DNA from: Octopus vulgaris
Lineage: Eukaryota
Length of the DNA stretch: 64,000 bases
Direction of reading: 5' to 3'
Assembly: GCA_951406725.2 (NCBI GenBank)
Contig: OX597839.1
Location: 34,348,001 to 34,412,000, forward strand
The notes under the pieces were generated by a model. The model worked only from the letters and a program-made list of their open reading frames with translations, did not search any database and was not told the DNA's origin. Below, in pieces: positions 1-11,897 of this stretch; the stretch's first letter is position 1; every line of letters begins with the position of its first letter. The position numbers and the translations under genes are program-made.

Positions 1-480
1 CTTGTGAGTGGATTTGGTAGACAGAAACTGAAAGAAGCCTGTCGTATATATGTATATATATATATATTTGTCCTGTACTCTATTTTTTTGTTGTTTAAGA
101 AAAATGTCCAGTTCCTTGTGTTTGTGTCTATGTTTTCGTTTCTCATTGTGTTCGACGTTTTTTTTGGTGTCCTGTACTCATATATGCGTGTATATATACA
201 TGTAGAGGTTGGTACGTACATATATGTATATATATATGCATATGTTTTATTTATTAATATATTATATATATATGTGTGTGTGTGTGTATGTGTTTGTGTG
301 TCTGTGTTTGTCCCCCTAGCATTGCTTGACAACCGATGCTGGTGTGTTTACATCCCCATCACTTAGCAATTCGCCAAAAGAGACCGATAGAATAAGTCCC
401 GTGTGTCAATTTGCTCGACTAAAGGCGGTGCTCCAGCATGGCCGCAGTCAAATGACTGAAAGAAGTAAAATAGTAAAATA
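1..480 (+). mobile_element. SINE family A (tRNA-headed, ~400 bp, internal TA/TG microsatellite), 5' end outside window; unrelated ~200-bp insert (about 68-265) in its TA tract
   Basis: Body CTTGTGAGTGGATTTGGTAGAC..GAAACTGAAAGAAGCC and tail GGCGGTGCTCCAGCATGGCCGCAGTCAAATGACTGAA..GTAAAA match many other copies in the window. Confidence 0.85.
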
Positions 481-1053
481 GTATATATATATATATATGA
501 AATTACAAGCAGGGCCATCTAGGGTTGAAGGTAACAGTCAAATTGTACAGTTTATCTTTCAGCGATTTTATACTCATTAGCTTGAAAGGCACCAGATTAG
601 TTGGTGTCAAACTCATAATTAGGCTTTTCTTTATGTATAGCCATTGTAAACAAGAGCGGATCAGAGATAAATAATCTAACAAAATGCTGAATTGTAGGTA
701 TTTGAGTTTATCTTGACAATATCCTAAATTCTCATCCGTCAATGCTAAGCCAGGGCATACATATATGTATGTGTGTATAACGTTGTGCGTTTATGTGTGT
801 GTGTGTGTGTGTGTGCACGTATGCGTATATATGTATATATCAAATTACAAAATTGCAGCAAGTTCAAACGTGATCTAGTGAAATATCCTGGTTGAAGATA
901 TGACAGTTATTATATACCTGGTGGGAGGTGTTGTTTGTTGTTGATCTTGGGGGGTGGGGAGGTGGTCATGTGTGTAAGGGGGCCGTGTTGAGTGAGTTGG
1001 GAAGAAGTAAAGTGTAGAGTAAACAAAATCTATCTATCTGTCTATCTATATTG

Positions 1054-1095
<42 letters not shown>

Positions 1096-1096
<1 letters not shown>

Positions 1097-1465
1097 GTGC
1101 AGGAGTGGCTGTGTGGTAAGTAGCTTGCTCACCAACCACATGGTTCCATATTCAGTCCCACTGCGTGGCATCTTGAGCAAGTGTCTTCTACTATAGCCTC
1201 AGACCGACGGAAACTGAAAGAAGCCCGTCGTATATATGTATATATATATATATATGTGTGTGTGTGTAGGTTTGTGTGTCTGTGTTTGTCCCCCCCACCA
1301 TTGCTTGACAACCGATGCTGGTGTGTTTACATCCCTGTCCAAGAGACCAATAGAATAAGTACTGGGCTTACAAAGAATAAGTCCTGGGATCGATTTGCTC
1401 GACTAAAGGCAGTGCTCCAGCATGGCCGCAGTCAAATGACTGAAACGAGTAAAAGAGAGAAAGAG
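1096..1465 (+). mobile_element. SINE family A, near full length
   Basis: Head GGTGCAGGAGTGGCTGTGTGGTAAG (A-box-like) and decayed B-box-like TTCAGTCCC, same body and tail as other copies. Confidence 0.9.
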
Positions 1466-1547
1466 ATATACGCACACTTGTACAATGTGTGTGTGTGTGT
1501 ATAATAACTAATTTGAGTCCTGTTTTCTTCTATAAATATATATATCA

Positions 1548-1812
1548 CGTGACCAACCGGATTATCAGATGTTGTTACACATCGCTGGTCACAATGCACT
1601 TTGCATTATTTTAGCTTGCAAACGATGCCACCCTGTTGGCTAAATGAGCACATCAACATTCCAGCCCCGCCTGATTGAAAGGGGGGGCTGGAGCAACATA
1701 AAGTGAAAAGGTTTGTTCAAGAATACAACATGCAAACCAGGCCTGGGAATCAAACTCATGATCTAGCAATTGTGAGTGCAACACCCTAACCATTAGGCCA
1801 TGGTGTCTTTCC
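1548..1812 (-). mobile_element. Old tRNA-headed SINE, family E (CORE-like central part)
   Basis: Similar to 11206-11802, 17970-18141 and 50452-50775 (CTGGAGCAAC..AAAGTG..TTGCTCAAG, GGAATCGAACTC, CTAACCACT on + strand). Confidence 0.65.
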
Positions 1813-1819
1813 ACACACA

Positions 1820-2410
1820 CACACCGAGGTCTCTTCCAGTTTCCATCTGTCAAATCCATTCACAAGGCCTTGGTCAGTTTAACCAATGTGCTATGCAGTG
1901 GGACTGAACCCTAAACCAGATGGTTGGAAAGCAAGCTTCTTAAGCACGCAACCACATCTGCACCTATATATATATATTCTTTTTATTCTTTTTTTTCTTG
2001 TACTTGTTCCAGTCATTTGACTGCAGCCATGCTGGAGCACCACTTAATTTAGTCAAACAAATCAAGCCCAACACTTATTCTTTGTAAGCCTCATACTTAT
2101 TCTATCGGTCTCTTTTGCTGAACTGCTAGGTTAAGGGGGACTTAAACACACCAACTTCAATTGTCAAGTGATAGTACTTACTGCATTGTTAGAAGCTCTC
2201 CTTGTTTCTCATTTCATTTATTATTATACATGTACAAAGGGTTTCTTTCAGTTTCTGCCCACCAAATCCACTCACAACACTTTGGTTGGCCTGGGGCTAT
2301 AGTAAAATAGACACTTGCCCAAGGTGCTGCACAGTGAGACTGAACCCAAAACGACACAGTTGGGAAGCAAGCTTGTTAACCGCACAGCCACATTTAACTT
2401 TTATTTTCTC
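1820..2410 (-). mobile_element. Two decayed SINE family A copies
   Basis: Reverse complement of family A head, body and tail with CpG decay. Confidence 0.75.
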
Positions 2411-2774
2411 ACTCTTGACTAATGAATAATGAAAGACAAAGCTACTCTTAGTGTGAGTTGAACTCAAAATAGCAAAGTTTCCAAGTAAACGACCGAGATG
2501 TATTTCTACACCAGAGAAATCGTATATCACCATTGGCAGACTTTCAAAATTGGTTGGTTAAACGAGATAATCTAAAGTAACTAATCTAAAGGCTGGTTTA
2601 AAGACTTTACAGTAACTTCATGTTAGAACAGAAGTTTAAATTGTATAACAAATGGCTTAATTACAATTAAAGATTAGAGTTTAGGTTAGATCTTGGAAAT
2701 TATCAAACCATCAGAGATACTATAACAAAATGATGAAATATATAACTGGGAACTATAACCCAACCACTACTACA

Positions 2775-2789
2775 TCTCTCTCTCTCTCC

Positions 2790-2820
<31 letters not shown>

Positions 2821-2888
2821 TTTCTTTCTATTTCTTTCCTTCTCTCCTTTTTCTTTTTTTCTCTCTATCTTTCCCCTGTTTTTCTCCT

Positions 2889-2924
<36 letters not shown>

Positions 2925-3192
2925 TGCTATTGTCCTGCTTCCCTCCCTCATGCCCTCTCTTTCTCTCCATTCCTCTCTCCCTCTCTTTCTATCCCTGTCT
3001 GTTTCTGTCTCCTCCTCTCTCCTTCCCTCTCTTCCTCTCCTACAACCAATGTCTGTTTGTCTATCTGTCACTGTCTTTCTCTCTCCACACATATATGTGT
3101 ATATATGTGTGTGTATCTGTGCGTATGCATACATAAATACATACACACACACACAGACATACATACATACACACACACATACATAAATACAT

Positions 3193-3232
<40 letters not shown>

Positions 3233-3260
3233 ACACATACGTACATATATGTATATATAT
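2775..3260. repeat. Compound (CT)n/(CA)n/(TACA)n microsatellite
   Basis: Directly visible; explains all ORFs annotated here. Confidence 0.95.
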
Positions 3261-3789
3261 ACCCTTGCCTGCTCTAGTTCAAGTAATCTAAGACAGTTGA
3301 AATAAAGTGGGTGTTTGGTAACAACAAGCTCTGGGACTCTGCTTCACCAGGTACTTTTTTCGTAATCAAGGTATGATATTATCAGCTGCTTGTTACTGTA
3401 GCTTCTTATTGTAGTTTCTGAGGTAAATGAGTTAGAAGCAAGAAACAAACATTATCAAGTTTCTATGTTACTACTACAAGACTCTGAGACTCTGTGGTTG
3501 ATTGGCCCCAGGCATCTCTGCAGTTTTGTTGGATCAGTTATAATCTGGTTCCTGTCAATCATCAAAAACAATTCATTAGCGGTGGGCATCTTTAGAGCTG
3601 ACCAAAGGCAAATTTACACCACAAATTTATTTACTCTTTTACTGGTTTCAGTCATGTGACTGTGGCCATGCTGCAGCACCGCCTTTAGTCGAGCAAATCG
3701 ACACCAGGACTTATTCTTTGTAAGCCTAGTACTTATTCTATTGGTCTCTTTTGCTGAACCGCTAAGTTACGGGGACGTAAACACACCAG

Positions 3790-4205
3790 CATCGTCTCAG
3801 CTGATGTATGCTCCAGCCTTCTTGAAGTGTCTTGTGATACACCTTAATGCCTTGTCTGGAATTGAACTCAGAACCTCTAGGTGATTGCACTGCATTGACC
3901 AGCACCTTTACCCACTACTCTATGTCTGTAAGCAGTTTCACAGTGAAATATAGAATTGTATTGTCCAGTTGGTATGGAACCAACATAAGACATCGGTGGA
4001 GCTTTATAAGCCTTAAAAATTCACTCTGAAGCAGCCTACAAACATTGGATGAAAGCATTGGTTAATGCAGTGCAGTCACCTAGCAGTTATAAGTTCAATC
4101 CCAAGCAAGGCACTAAGGTGGATCATGTGATACCCGAAGAAGGCCAGAGTGTACAAAGCCAAATGTAATGAAAAGTAACAACCAAGATGGAGACACCACT
4201 CCAAC
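3790..4205. mobile_element. Two diverged, oppositely oriented copies (about 3790-3920 minus, 4046-4205 plus) of a tRNA-headed repeat with a decayed hammerhead-like tail
   Basis: Shared GGT(C/T)AATGCAGTGCA.TCACCTAG..GTTCAAT.CC..CAAGGCA.TAAGGTG head; tail similar to 5395-5510. Confidence 0.55.
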
Positions 4206-4306
4206 TAATACATAATCTACCAGTGTAAACAATTTGATAATCTTAATACCAAAGACACTGAGAACTTAATAAGTTTTATCTCTGTCTCTTGTCTCAATAT
4301 GATTAT

Positions 4307-4853
4307 ATATTTCTTTATTGCCCACAAGGGGGCTAAACATAGAGAGGACAAACAAGGACAGACAAAGGGATTAAGTCGATTACATCGACCCCAGTGCGAA
4401 ACTAGTACTTTATCTATTGACCCCGAAAGGATGAAAGGCAAAGTCGACCTCGGTGGAATTTGAACTCAGAACGTAGCGGCAGACGAAATACCTATTTCTT
4501 TATTACCCACAAGGTGCTAAACATAGAGAGGACAAACAAGGACAGACAAAGGGATTAAGTCGATTACATCGACCCCAGTGCGAAACTGGTACTTTATCTA
4601 TCGACCCTGAAAGGATGAAAGGCAAAGTTGACCTCGGTGGAATTTGAACTCAGAACATAGCGGCAGACGAAATACCTATTTCTTTATTACCAACAAGGGG
4701 CTAAACACAGAGGAGACAAACAAGGACAGACAAAGGGATTAAGTCGATTATATCGATCCCAGTGCGTAACTGGTACTTAATTTATCGACCCCGAAAGGAT
4801 GAAAGGCAAAGTCGACCTCGGTGGAATTTGAACTCAGAACGTAACGGCAGACA
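4307..4853 (-). mobile_element. SINE family B, head-to-tail trimer of the ~183-bp body
   Basis: Three near-identical units starting TATTTCTTTATT at about 4308, 4493 and 4677; sense strand has B-box GAGTTCAAATTCC and GCCTTTCATCCTTTCGGGGTCGATAAA (resembles Deu/Nin-type SINE domain, from recall). Confidence 0.9.
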
Positions 4854-5424
4854 AAAGCTCAACTTCCCACTGTTTGTCTGGATCTTTTTTTTATATTTTC
4901 AGTCCATCCATTTAAGTTTCAAACTCTCATGCATCTTTCATAGGGTTAATCCTGCGTTGCGCAATGCTGCCCTCAATATTAATGAACTGCTTTGCTTAAC
5001 GGTCTTGCTGGATTACTGTTGAATTAATATTACATGAGCTGCTAACGAGCCGCCGGTTCTGTCTGATTTATTGTTTCCTTAATCTACACCGTATTGGAAA
5101 CTTGATATCACTCCTAGTCCATTAGAGAAGAAATACAGGTGGAATGAGGGTAATCATGCTGTTGTAGGGTGGAGGTTAAGGGAAAACCTGCTTCAACATG
5201 GGTGTGTGGCTAAGAACCACGTGGTTTCAGGTTCAGTCCTACTGCATGACACCTTGGACAAATGTGTTTTTCTACAACTCTGAGTCAACAAAAGTCTGAA
5301 AGAAGCTCAGTGTGTGTGTGTGTGTGTAAAATAAATGAAGAATGGAGTATATGGCATTACATTTATTCTATTTATTTACATTACTTACATTTGACAGATA
5401 TTTGTCCTCATTTTGTTTGTTGTT

Positions 5425-5470
5425 AACACAACATTTCGGCTGATGTACCCTCCAGCCTTCATCAGGTGTC
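5425..5470 (-). ncRNA. Minimal type I hammerhead-like motif in a Penelope-type short repeat (about 5365-5520)
   Basis: Minus strand GACAC-CTGATGA-A-GGCTG-(10 nt)-CAGCC-GAAA-TG-T-T-GTGTT: stem I GACAC/GTGTT, stem II GGCTG/CAGCC, vestigial stem III. Confidence 0.6.
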
Positions 5471-5767
5471 TTGGGGAAATTTCGAACCTTGGTTCTCATT
5501 CCTAAGGTACTTTTTTAAATGTTGTTATTGGTGGTGGTGGTGGTGGTGGTGGTGGTAGTGATGGTGATGGTGATGATGATGATGACAACGACAGAAGTAA
5601 ACCTTATGGATTTTCTGCTTATTTGGGACCTAAGTTTCCGCAGGCGAAATTCTCTTCTGTACAATTTCAGGTAGCTGCTGATTGTGTGAGAGCTACCTAA
5701 GGTTAATGCCTGGATTATTTAACCCTTGTAGCTTAACCATCATCATCATCATCATCATCATATTTCT

Positions 5768-6000
5768 TATTTCTTTATTGCCCACAAGGAGCTAAACACA
5801 GAGGGGACAAACAAGGACAGAAAAACGGATTAAGGTCGATTATATTAACCCCAGTGCGTAACTGGTACTTAATTTATCGACCCCGAAAGGATGAAAGACA
5901 AAGTCGACCTTGGTGGAATTTGAACTCAGAACATAACAGCAGACGAAATATGGCTACGCATTTCGCCCGGCATGCTAATGTTTCCACCAGCTCACTGCCA
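5768..6000 (-). mobile_element. SINE family B, full length, inserted in a (CAT)n tail
   Basis: Matches 11330-11562 and 51091-51320; flanked by CATCATCAT on both sides. Confidence 0.9.
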
Positions 6001-6419
6001 TCATCATCATCATGGCATGGGTTGAATAGTTTGCAAGAACAGATGAGCCGGAGGGCTTTGGAAGTTTCTGTGTCTGCTTTGACAGGGTTTCTACAACTGG
6101 ATGCCCTTCCTAACACCAACCACTTAACGGAGTGTACTAAATGCTTTTCATGTGGCACCAGCACCAGTGAGGTCACCAAGATAAAACCTTCTCAACTGAG
6201 TGGGGTATAGACACGTGTGTGTGTGTGCATATATGTATGTGTGTATCTTCTTATCATGACATCGTGTGTTAGTTATAAACAAGTGTCTCCATTATACAAG
6301 TGGGGTGTCTCTTGTTTCTAGTCTTCGGTGAAAACATGCCTGGTCCTGGAGAAATATTACCTTGCTTTGAAACAGGGGTGAGCTTTGGTGACAAAGTGTA
6401 TCCAACTATAAAATATCTA

Positions 6420-6572
6420 GGGAGAGTTTACGAAAAAAACAAAAGATGAAGGCAGGTGGTGTACAAAACAAACAGATGTATTAGTATAACGCTCAGGAAT
6501 AGAAAAAGTCTTTTACGTTTCGAGCCTACGCTCTTCTACAGAAAGGGACACAGAAAAAACAAGGAGAGAGAG

Positions 6573-6629
<57 letters not shown>

Positions 6630-6829
6630 AGAGTTTACGAAAGAAACAAAAGACGAAGACAGGTGGTGTACAAAACAAACAGATGTATTAGTATAACGCT
6701 CAGGAATAGAAAAAGTCTTTTATGTTTTGAGCCTACGCTCTTCTACAGAAAGGGACACAGAAAAAACAAGGAGAGAAAAAAGGAGAGAAAAAATGTGTGT
6801 AGCGGCTAACGATCTATCATGGCGACTGG
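6420..6829 (-). mobile_element. Penelope-like partial-tandem insertion (two ~150-bp copies, 207 bp apart, separated by (TA)n)
   Basis: Direct repeats at about 6419-6570 and 6626-6777; 14-bp target duplication CTATAAAATATCTA at 6406-6419 and 6830-6843; hammerhead-like motif at 6510-6545. Confidence 0.7.
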
Positions 6830-6959
6830 CTATAAAATATCTACCCCAATAAAACTCCATCTGCCCATGCAGGTATGGAAGAGTGGAAATTAAAAGGATG
6901 ATATAAAAACTTTCAACCAAGTATTTACAGAGAGAGGAGAAGAAGAAAGAGGACAGTAG

Positions 6960-7200
6960 ATATTCCCCCCGCCCCCACCTCGCTCGCAGTGTATTTCTTA
7001 CCTTGTCGTTTTACGAGCAAGCAAGCATGAACAGGTAAACAGAGAGAGGGTAGTTAGGGCGGGTATTCACGTCAGCCGGTTATTCAGATTCAAATAATAT
7101 ATCGTAACATGCCCCAGGGTACATACAGCTCGATAGTTTTGGGGTATATTTTCAAATATTTTGGAAACATTTTGGGCTGCACGCAAACACCGAATAACGA
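6960..7200. promoter_or_regulatory. CpG-retaining unique patch, possible promoter or first exon
   Basis: GC boxes (CCCCGCCCCC about 6967, GGGCGG about 7057), CRE-like CACGTCA 7068-7074, donor-like sites on both strands (+ ACAG|GTAAAC at 7034, - CAAG|GTAAGA at 7002). Confidence 0.3.
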
Positions 7201-7424
7201 CCTACACAATGAAATGGTATAAAATGTAAGTACTAAAATGGAAAATGTATTTGTTGTTGCTGTTGTTGTTGTTGTTGTTGTTGCTGTTGTTGTTAAGCTC
7301 CAGCTCATTCCTTTATCTGACAGAGTAGTGTTTTGAGATGAGGGATAGAATTGGTTGGCTCAGAAGAGCACAGAGACTCTTGAAGGAATTATTAGAAGAA
7401 ATTTCCATTTTTTTTAAAAATCTT

Positions 7425-7825
7425 TTATCTTTTACTTTTTACTTGTTTTAATCACTGGACTATGGCCATGCTGAGGCACTACTTTGAAGGGTTTTTTAGT
7501 TGAACAAACTGACCCAAGTACTTATGGGTTTCTTTGGAGTTTTTTTTAAGACTGGTATTTATTTTGTTGGACGCTATTGCTGAAATACTAAGTTACAGGA
7601 ATGTAAACAAACTGACACCATTTGTCAAGCAGTGTGGAGTGACAATCAAAAACACAAGCATACACACACACACACACACATATGTACATACATGCATGGG
7701 CTTCTACACAGTTTTCGTCTACCAAATTCACTCAACCTGGGGCTATTCTAGAAGACACTTTGCCCAACGTGCCACAGAGCTGGACTGAATCCCAAACCAC
7801 CAAGAAAGCTCATTAACGACACAGT
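7425..7825 (-). mobile_element. Old SINE family A copy
   Basis: Diverged reverse complement of family A, CpG-depleted. Confidence 0.75.
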
Positions 7826-8590
7826 AAATATTTATCATTACACACATGTCAGACCAAACTAACCGACATCTCAACCACAACCTTCATTGTTTGATAATCT
7901 TCAGACTAGTGGTAGTTATACTTACGCTACATTATTTCACTGGACTTCCACTCCGCTTTCATTAAATGTGTTTTCAGGTTATCTTCCACTCATTGCTTTC
8001 ATTCGTTCTTACCTTGATTGTTTATTATACCTGGAATGTCATTCATTCATAGACATATTGAATAGGGGAGCTTTCATACTTCTGTTATAAGCAGGTAGTT
8101 TACTTAAGCTGACTTTGCTTGTCTTTAAAAGAAATATATCAATAACACACACACTCTTCTTTCTCTCTCTGTCTCCCTCTCTCCCTTTCATACTCTTTCA
8201 GCTTCAATTGCCACACCTTGCCTTCTGTATTTATGTTATAGGAGCCACACACTCCTCCAGTTTTCCTTTGTAACTGTAGTAATAATATTTTTAGACTTTG
8301 TTACAAAATACCATTGAAGCCTTGAAGTTTTAATCTTCATTATCAACCTCCTTTTACATTTCGTCTTAAATTCTCAATCTTCTTTGATACATTTGAAATA
8401 AATTAAACTCAAATATATGCAGGAGCACAACATTCATTTAGAGATAATTGCCAGAGCATATCTAAACTCTGTGTGTGTATGTGTGAGAGAGACAGAGAGA
8501 GAGTGTGTGCGTGTGTATGTGCATTAGCTTTACTCTGTGTATTTGATTTCTCGTAATCTATTTCCCTGTTAATTATGTATTTCACTAAAC

Positions 8591-8737
8591 CAGGTATAGG
8601 CAGCCTTTTATGAAAAGCAGGTCTCATGAGACATGGCTCATCTCCAGGCAGGTTGCTCTACTGGAAAATTTCGAGGTAATTTTTTGCTTAGGCAAGTTAT
8701 TCAGAAAATCCCATGGGCTGCCGTCTGCCCACACCTG
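8591..8737. mobile_element. hAT/Charlie-like MITE
   Basis: Imperfect TIRs CAGGTATAGGCA / TGCCCACACCTG; related copy at 54793-54924; no clear TSD. Confidence 0.6.
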
Positions 8738-8974
8738 GTCTGCATATTACTAGTCACATTAAAGTTATGTGGTGACATCACTAATCTGTCCCCAACCCCT
8801 CCTAGTCTCATGCTTCCAATTTGACTAAAAAAAAGCCCACCGTTCTGTATAAGTCCCCAAGCTCACATCAGTTCTGGCCATAATCACATGTTCACAAGGT
8901 GCTCCAGACCAACCCATAGAAAGATGTCCTCATCCCATCAAAATCTACTTGTGGCAGAACATTACAGATGGACA

Positions 8975-9640
8975 CAGACACGGCTGAGTGGTTAAGAAGC
9001 TTGCTTTTCATCTGTATGGTGGCAGGTTCAGTCCCACCATGTAGCACCTTGTGCTTGTATCTTCTACAAAAGCCCTGGACTGACCACTGTCTTGTGAGGG
9101 AATTTGGTTGATGGAAATTGTGTGGAACCCCATCATGTGTATATGTGTGTGCATGCATGTGTGTGTGTGTGTGTGTGTGCATGTCCACCATTATTTGATA
9201 ATCTGTATTGGTTTGTTTTCATCCCCATAACTTATTGATCATCATCATCATCATTGTTCGACCGTGGTCGAGACAATGGAATTTACCATGCTACGCCAGA
9301 CTTCACGGTCCATCATGGCATTACGGATGTCCTGTTGCTGGATGCCTGTATCCCTGGAGATTACATCAGGGTAGGAGAGTGTGCGCCCTCTGGCATTGTG
9401 AGTAGATGGCTTCCAGAGGAGAAGAGGAGAAATTACCTCTTTTTCAGCTCTACAACAATGTCCAGCAAACTGGACTCTCCTACCTTTCACAACTTATTGA
9501 TACAGCAAAAGAGAATGATAGAATAAGAATCCAATTTTTAAAAAAAATCTGCTGGGATTGATTTGTTTGGCTAAAGCCTTCAAGGTGGTGCCCCAAGATG
9601 GATGCAGTGTAATGCCTGAAATGAGTGAAAGAGAAAAGGT
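8975..9640 (+). mobile_element. Old SINE family A copy hosting an RTE insertion
   Basis: Head at about 8980, tail at about 9560-9640, interrupted at 9240-9490. Confidence 0.7.
9240..9490 (-). mobile_element. 5'-truncated RTE-clade LINE (C-terminal end of ORF2)
   Basis: KGRRVQFAGHCCR..LLLW..GRTLSYPDVISRD..MMDREVWR fits the RTE C-terminal pattern; (TGA)n tail; 11-bp TSD AACTTATTGAT at 9229-9239 and 9491-9501. Confidence 0.9.
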
Positions 9641-9813
9641 AAAATCTCTCCACAACTGCCTATCGTCAGCTATCGTGGCCGTAAGCAGATACTCCTTGTC
9701 TGCTCATGGTCATATCAACAGCAATCTTGATGAGGTAGAGTTTTATGGGGATGTAAACAAACCAGCACTGGGTGAGGACAAGCACCGACACACATACACA
9801 CACATATGTATGT

Positions 9814-10181
9814 GGAAGCACTCCGTCGGTTACGATGACGAGGGTTCCGGTTGATCCGAATCAACGGAACAGCCTGCTCGTGAAATTAACGTGTAAGTGG
9901 CTGAGCACTCCACAGACACATGTACCCTTAACGTAGTTCTCGGGGATATTCAGCGTGACACAGAGAGTGACAAGGCCGGCCCCTTGAAATACAGGTACAA
10001 CAGAAACAGGAAGTAAGAGTTAGAGAAAGTTGTGGTGAAAGAGTACAGCAGGGATCACCACCATCCCCTGCCGGAGCCTCGTGGAGCTTTTAGGTGTTTT
10101 CGCTCAATAAAAACTCACAAAGCCCGGTCTGGGAATCGAAACCGCGAGTCCGCTGCCCTAACCACTGGGCCATTGCGCCTC
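9814..10181 (-). mobile_element. Young tRNA-derived SINE family D, full length
   Basis: Near-identical to 35242-35611; TSD CACATATGTATGT at 9801-9813 and 10182-10194; A and B boxes in head. Confidence 0.92.
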
Positions 10182-10931
10182 CACATATGTATGTATGCAT
10201 ATATGTATATATGATGACCTTTCACACAGTTTGTGCTTACCAAATTCACTTACAAGGCATTGATTAGCCCAAGGCTTCTAGTAGTAGAAAACACTTGCTC
10301 AAGGTACTATGCAGTGGAACTGAACCAGAAACTACATGGTTTCAAAGCAAGATTCTTAACCACACACCCATGCCTGTATTTCATAGCAATCATGCCCCTT
10401 TTTTCTTTTTTTTTTTTTGTATCACTAAGGCCCTGAGCTTTTATAGGACCTCCAAGACTGGAGAAAAGAGAACAGAGGTTGTCTTCAAACTGGAAAACTA
10501 GCCTGTATGATTACAACAGAGTGAACTCCACTAAAGGGCCCTATGGTGCTGGCTGTAGGTGATAAACAGGCCACTGGGTCTAAAAATATTGGTTGCCAGG
10601 AGACAAAGGGTGCCTACCCACAACTACAAGGGGGCCCACTCGCAATTACAATGTTTATTTTTTGTTAAAGAATCATTAACACGCTGGGTAAAATTCTCAG
10701 TGACATTTCATCTGTTTTTACATTCTGAATTCAAATTCTGCTCTGGGGTTGATGTAATTAATTTACTCCCCGCCCCCTCCCCCCAAAAAAACTTGCTGGC
10801 CATGGGGAAATATTCCCTTGTCTGGAAACAGGTGAGGGTTGGCAACAGGAAGGACAACAGGCCATTGAAAAATCTGTCTCAGTATGTTATAGTCAATCCA
10901 TGGAAGCATGGCAAAGCAGATGTTGACTTGA

Positions 10932-10965
<34 letters not shown>

Positions 10966-11205
10966 GGTGGTGGTGGTGGTGATGATATATGCCTGTGCGT
11001 GAGTTTGTGTCTCCTTGTCTCCACATCATGTGACAGCTGTAAATGAATGTCATCATAATACAAGCAGCCTCAGTGTCATTCATTTCCAATATTCTGCAAG
11101 AACATGTCTTGCCGTGTGGGGAATATTACCTTGCTTGGAAACAGGTGAGGATAGGTGACAGTGAGGGCATCCAGCTGCAGAAAATTTGCCTTAATAAATT
11201 CTGAC

Positions 11206-11802
11206 CTACTCAAAAGGACTTCCTCATCGGTCATGAATGACCATGGGATTGCACCTAGAAAGTTACCCTCTGAGGCACAAGTCCAGGGTAAGGATGTTTA
11301 TGGAAGACCAGCAGTTACCCATGCATACCTATTTCTTTACTACCCACAAGGGGCTAAACACAGAGAGGACAAACAAGGACAAACAAACGGATTAAGTTGA
11401 TTATATCAACCCCAGTGCGTAACTGGTACTTATTTAATCGACCCTGAAAGGATGAAAGGCAAAGTTGACCTCGGCGGAATTTGAACTCAGAACGTAGCAG
11501 CAGACGAAATACCGCTAAGCATTTCTGCCGGCATCCTAACGATTCTGCCAGCTTGCCGCCCTTTACCCATGCATACCAGCCTCCTCTCCCCATGCCATTG
11601 ATGTCATCCAAGGGAAAGGCAAAGGGGCCGATACAACTTGGCACCTGTGATGTCACAACTCATTTCTACAGCTGAGTGAACTGGAGCAACATGAAATAAA
11701 GTGTCTTGCTCAAGAACATAATGCACAGCCTGATCCAGGAACTGAACTCACTACCTCATGATTGTCAGCCTGATGCTCTAACCACTAAGCCATGCACCTT
11801 CG
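11206..11802 (-). mobile_element. SINE family E interrupted by a family B SINE
   Basis: tRNA-like head at about 11730-11802; sequence resumes across the insertion at 11330-11562. Confidence 0.7.
11330..11562 (-). mobile_element. SINE family B, full length
   Basis: 15-bp TSD TTACCCATGCATACC at 11315-11329 and 11563-11577. Confidence 0.93.
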
Positions 11803-11857
11803 CAGGCACTTGGCTCAGCATCCTACCCAAGCAAGTATGGAAAAGTGGATGTTAAAA

Positions 11858-11863
11858 TGGTGA

Positions 11864-11897
<34 letters not shown>

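Noticed and set aside
503-742. 79-aa minus-strand ORF in unique sequence
   Set aside because: Non-ATG start, no splice signals noticed and no recognisable motif
4957-4965. C/EBP-type palindrome TTGCGCAAT
   Set aside because: A single short motif is not enough evidence for a regulatory call
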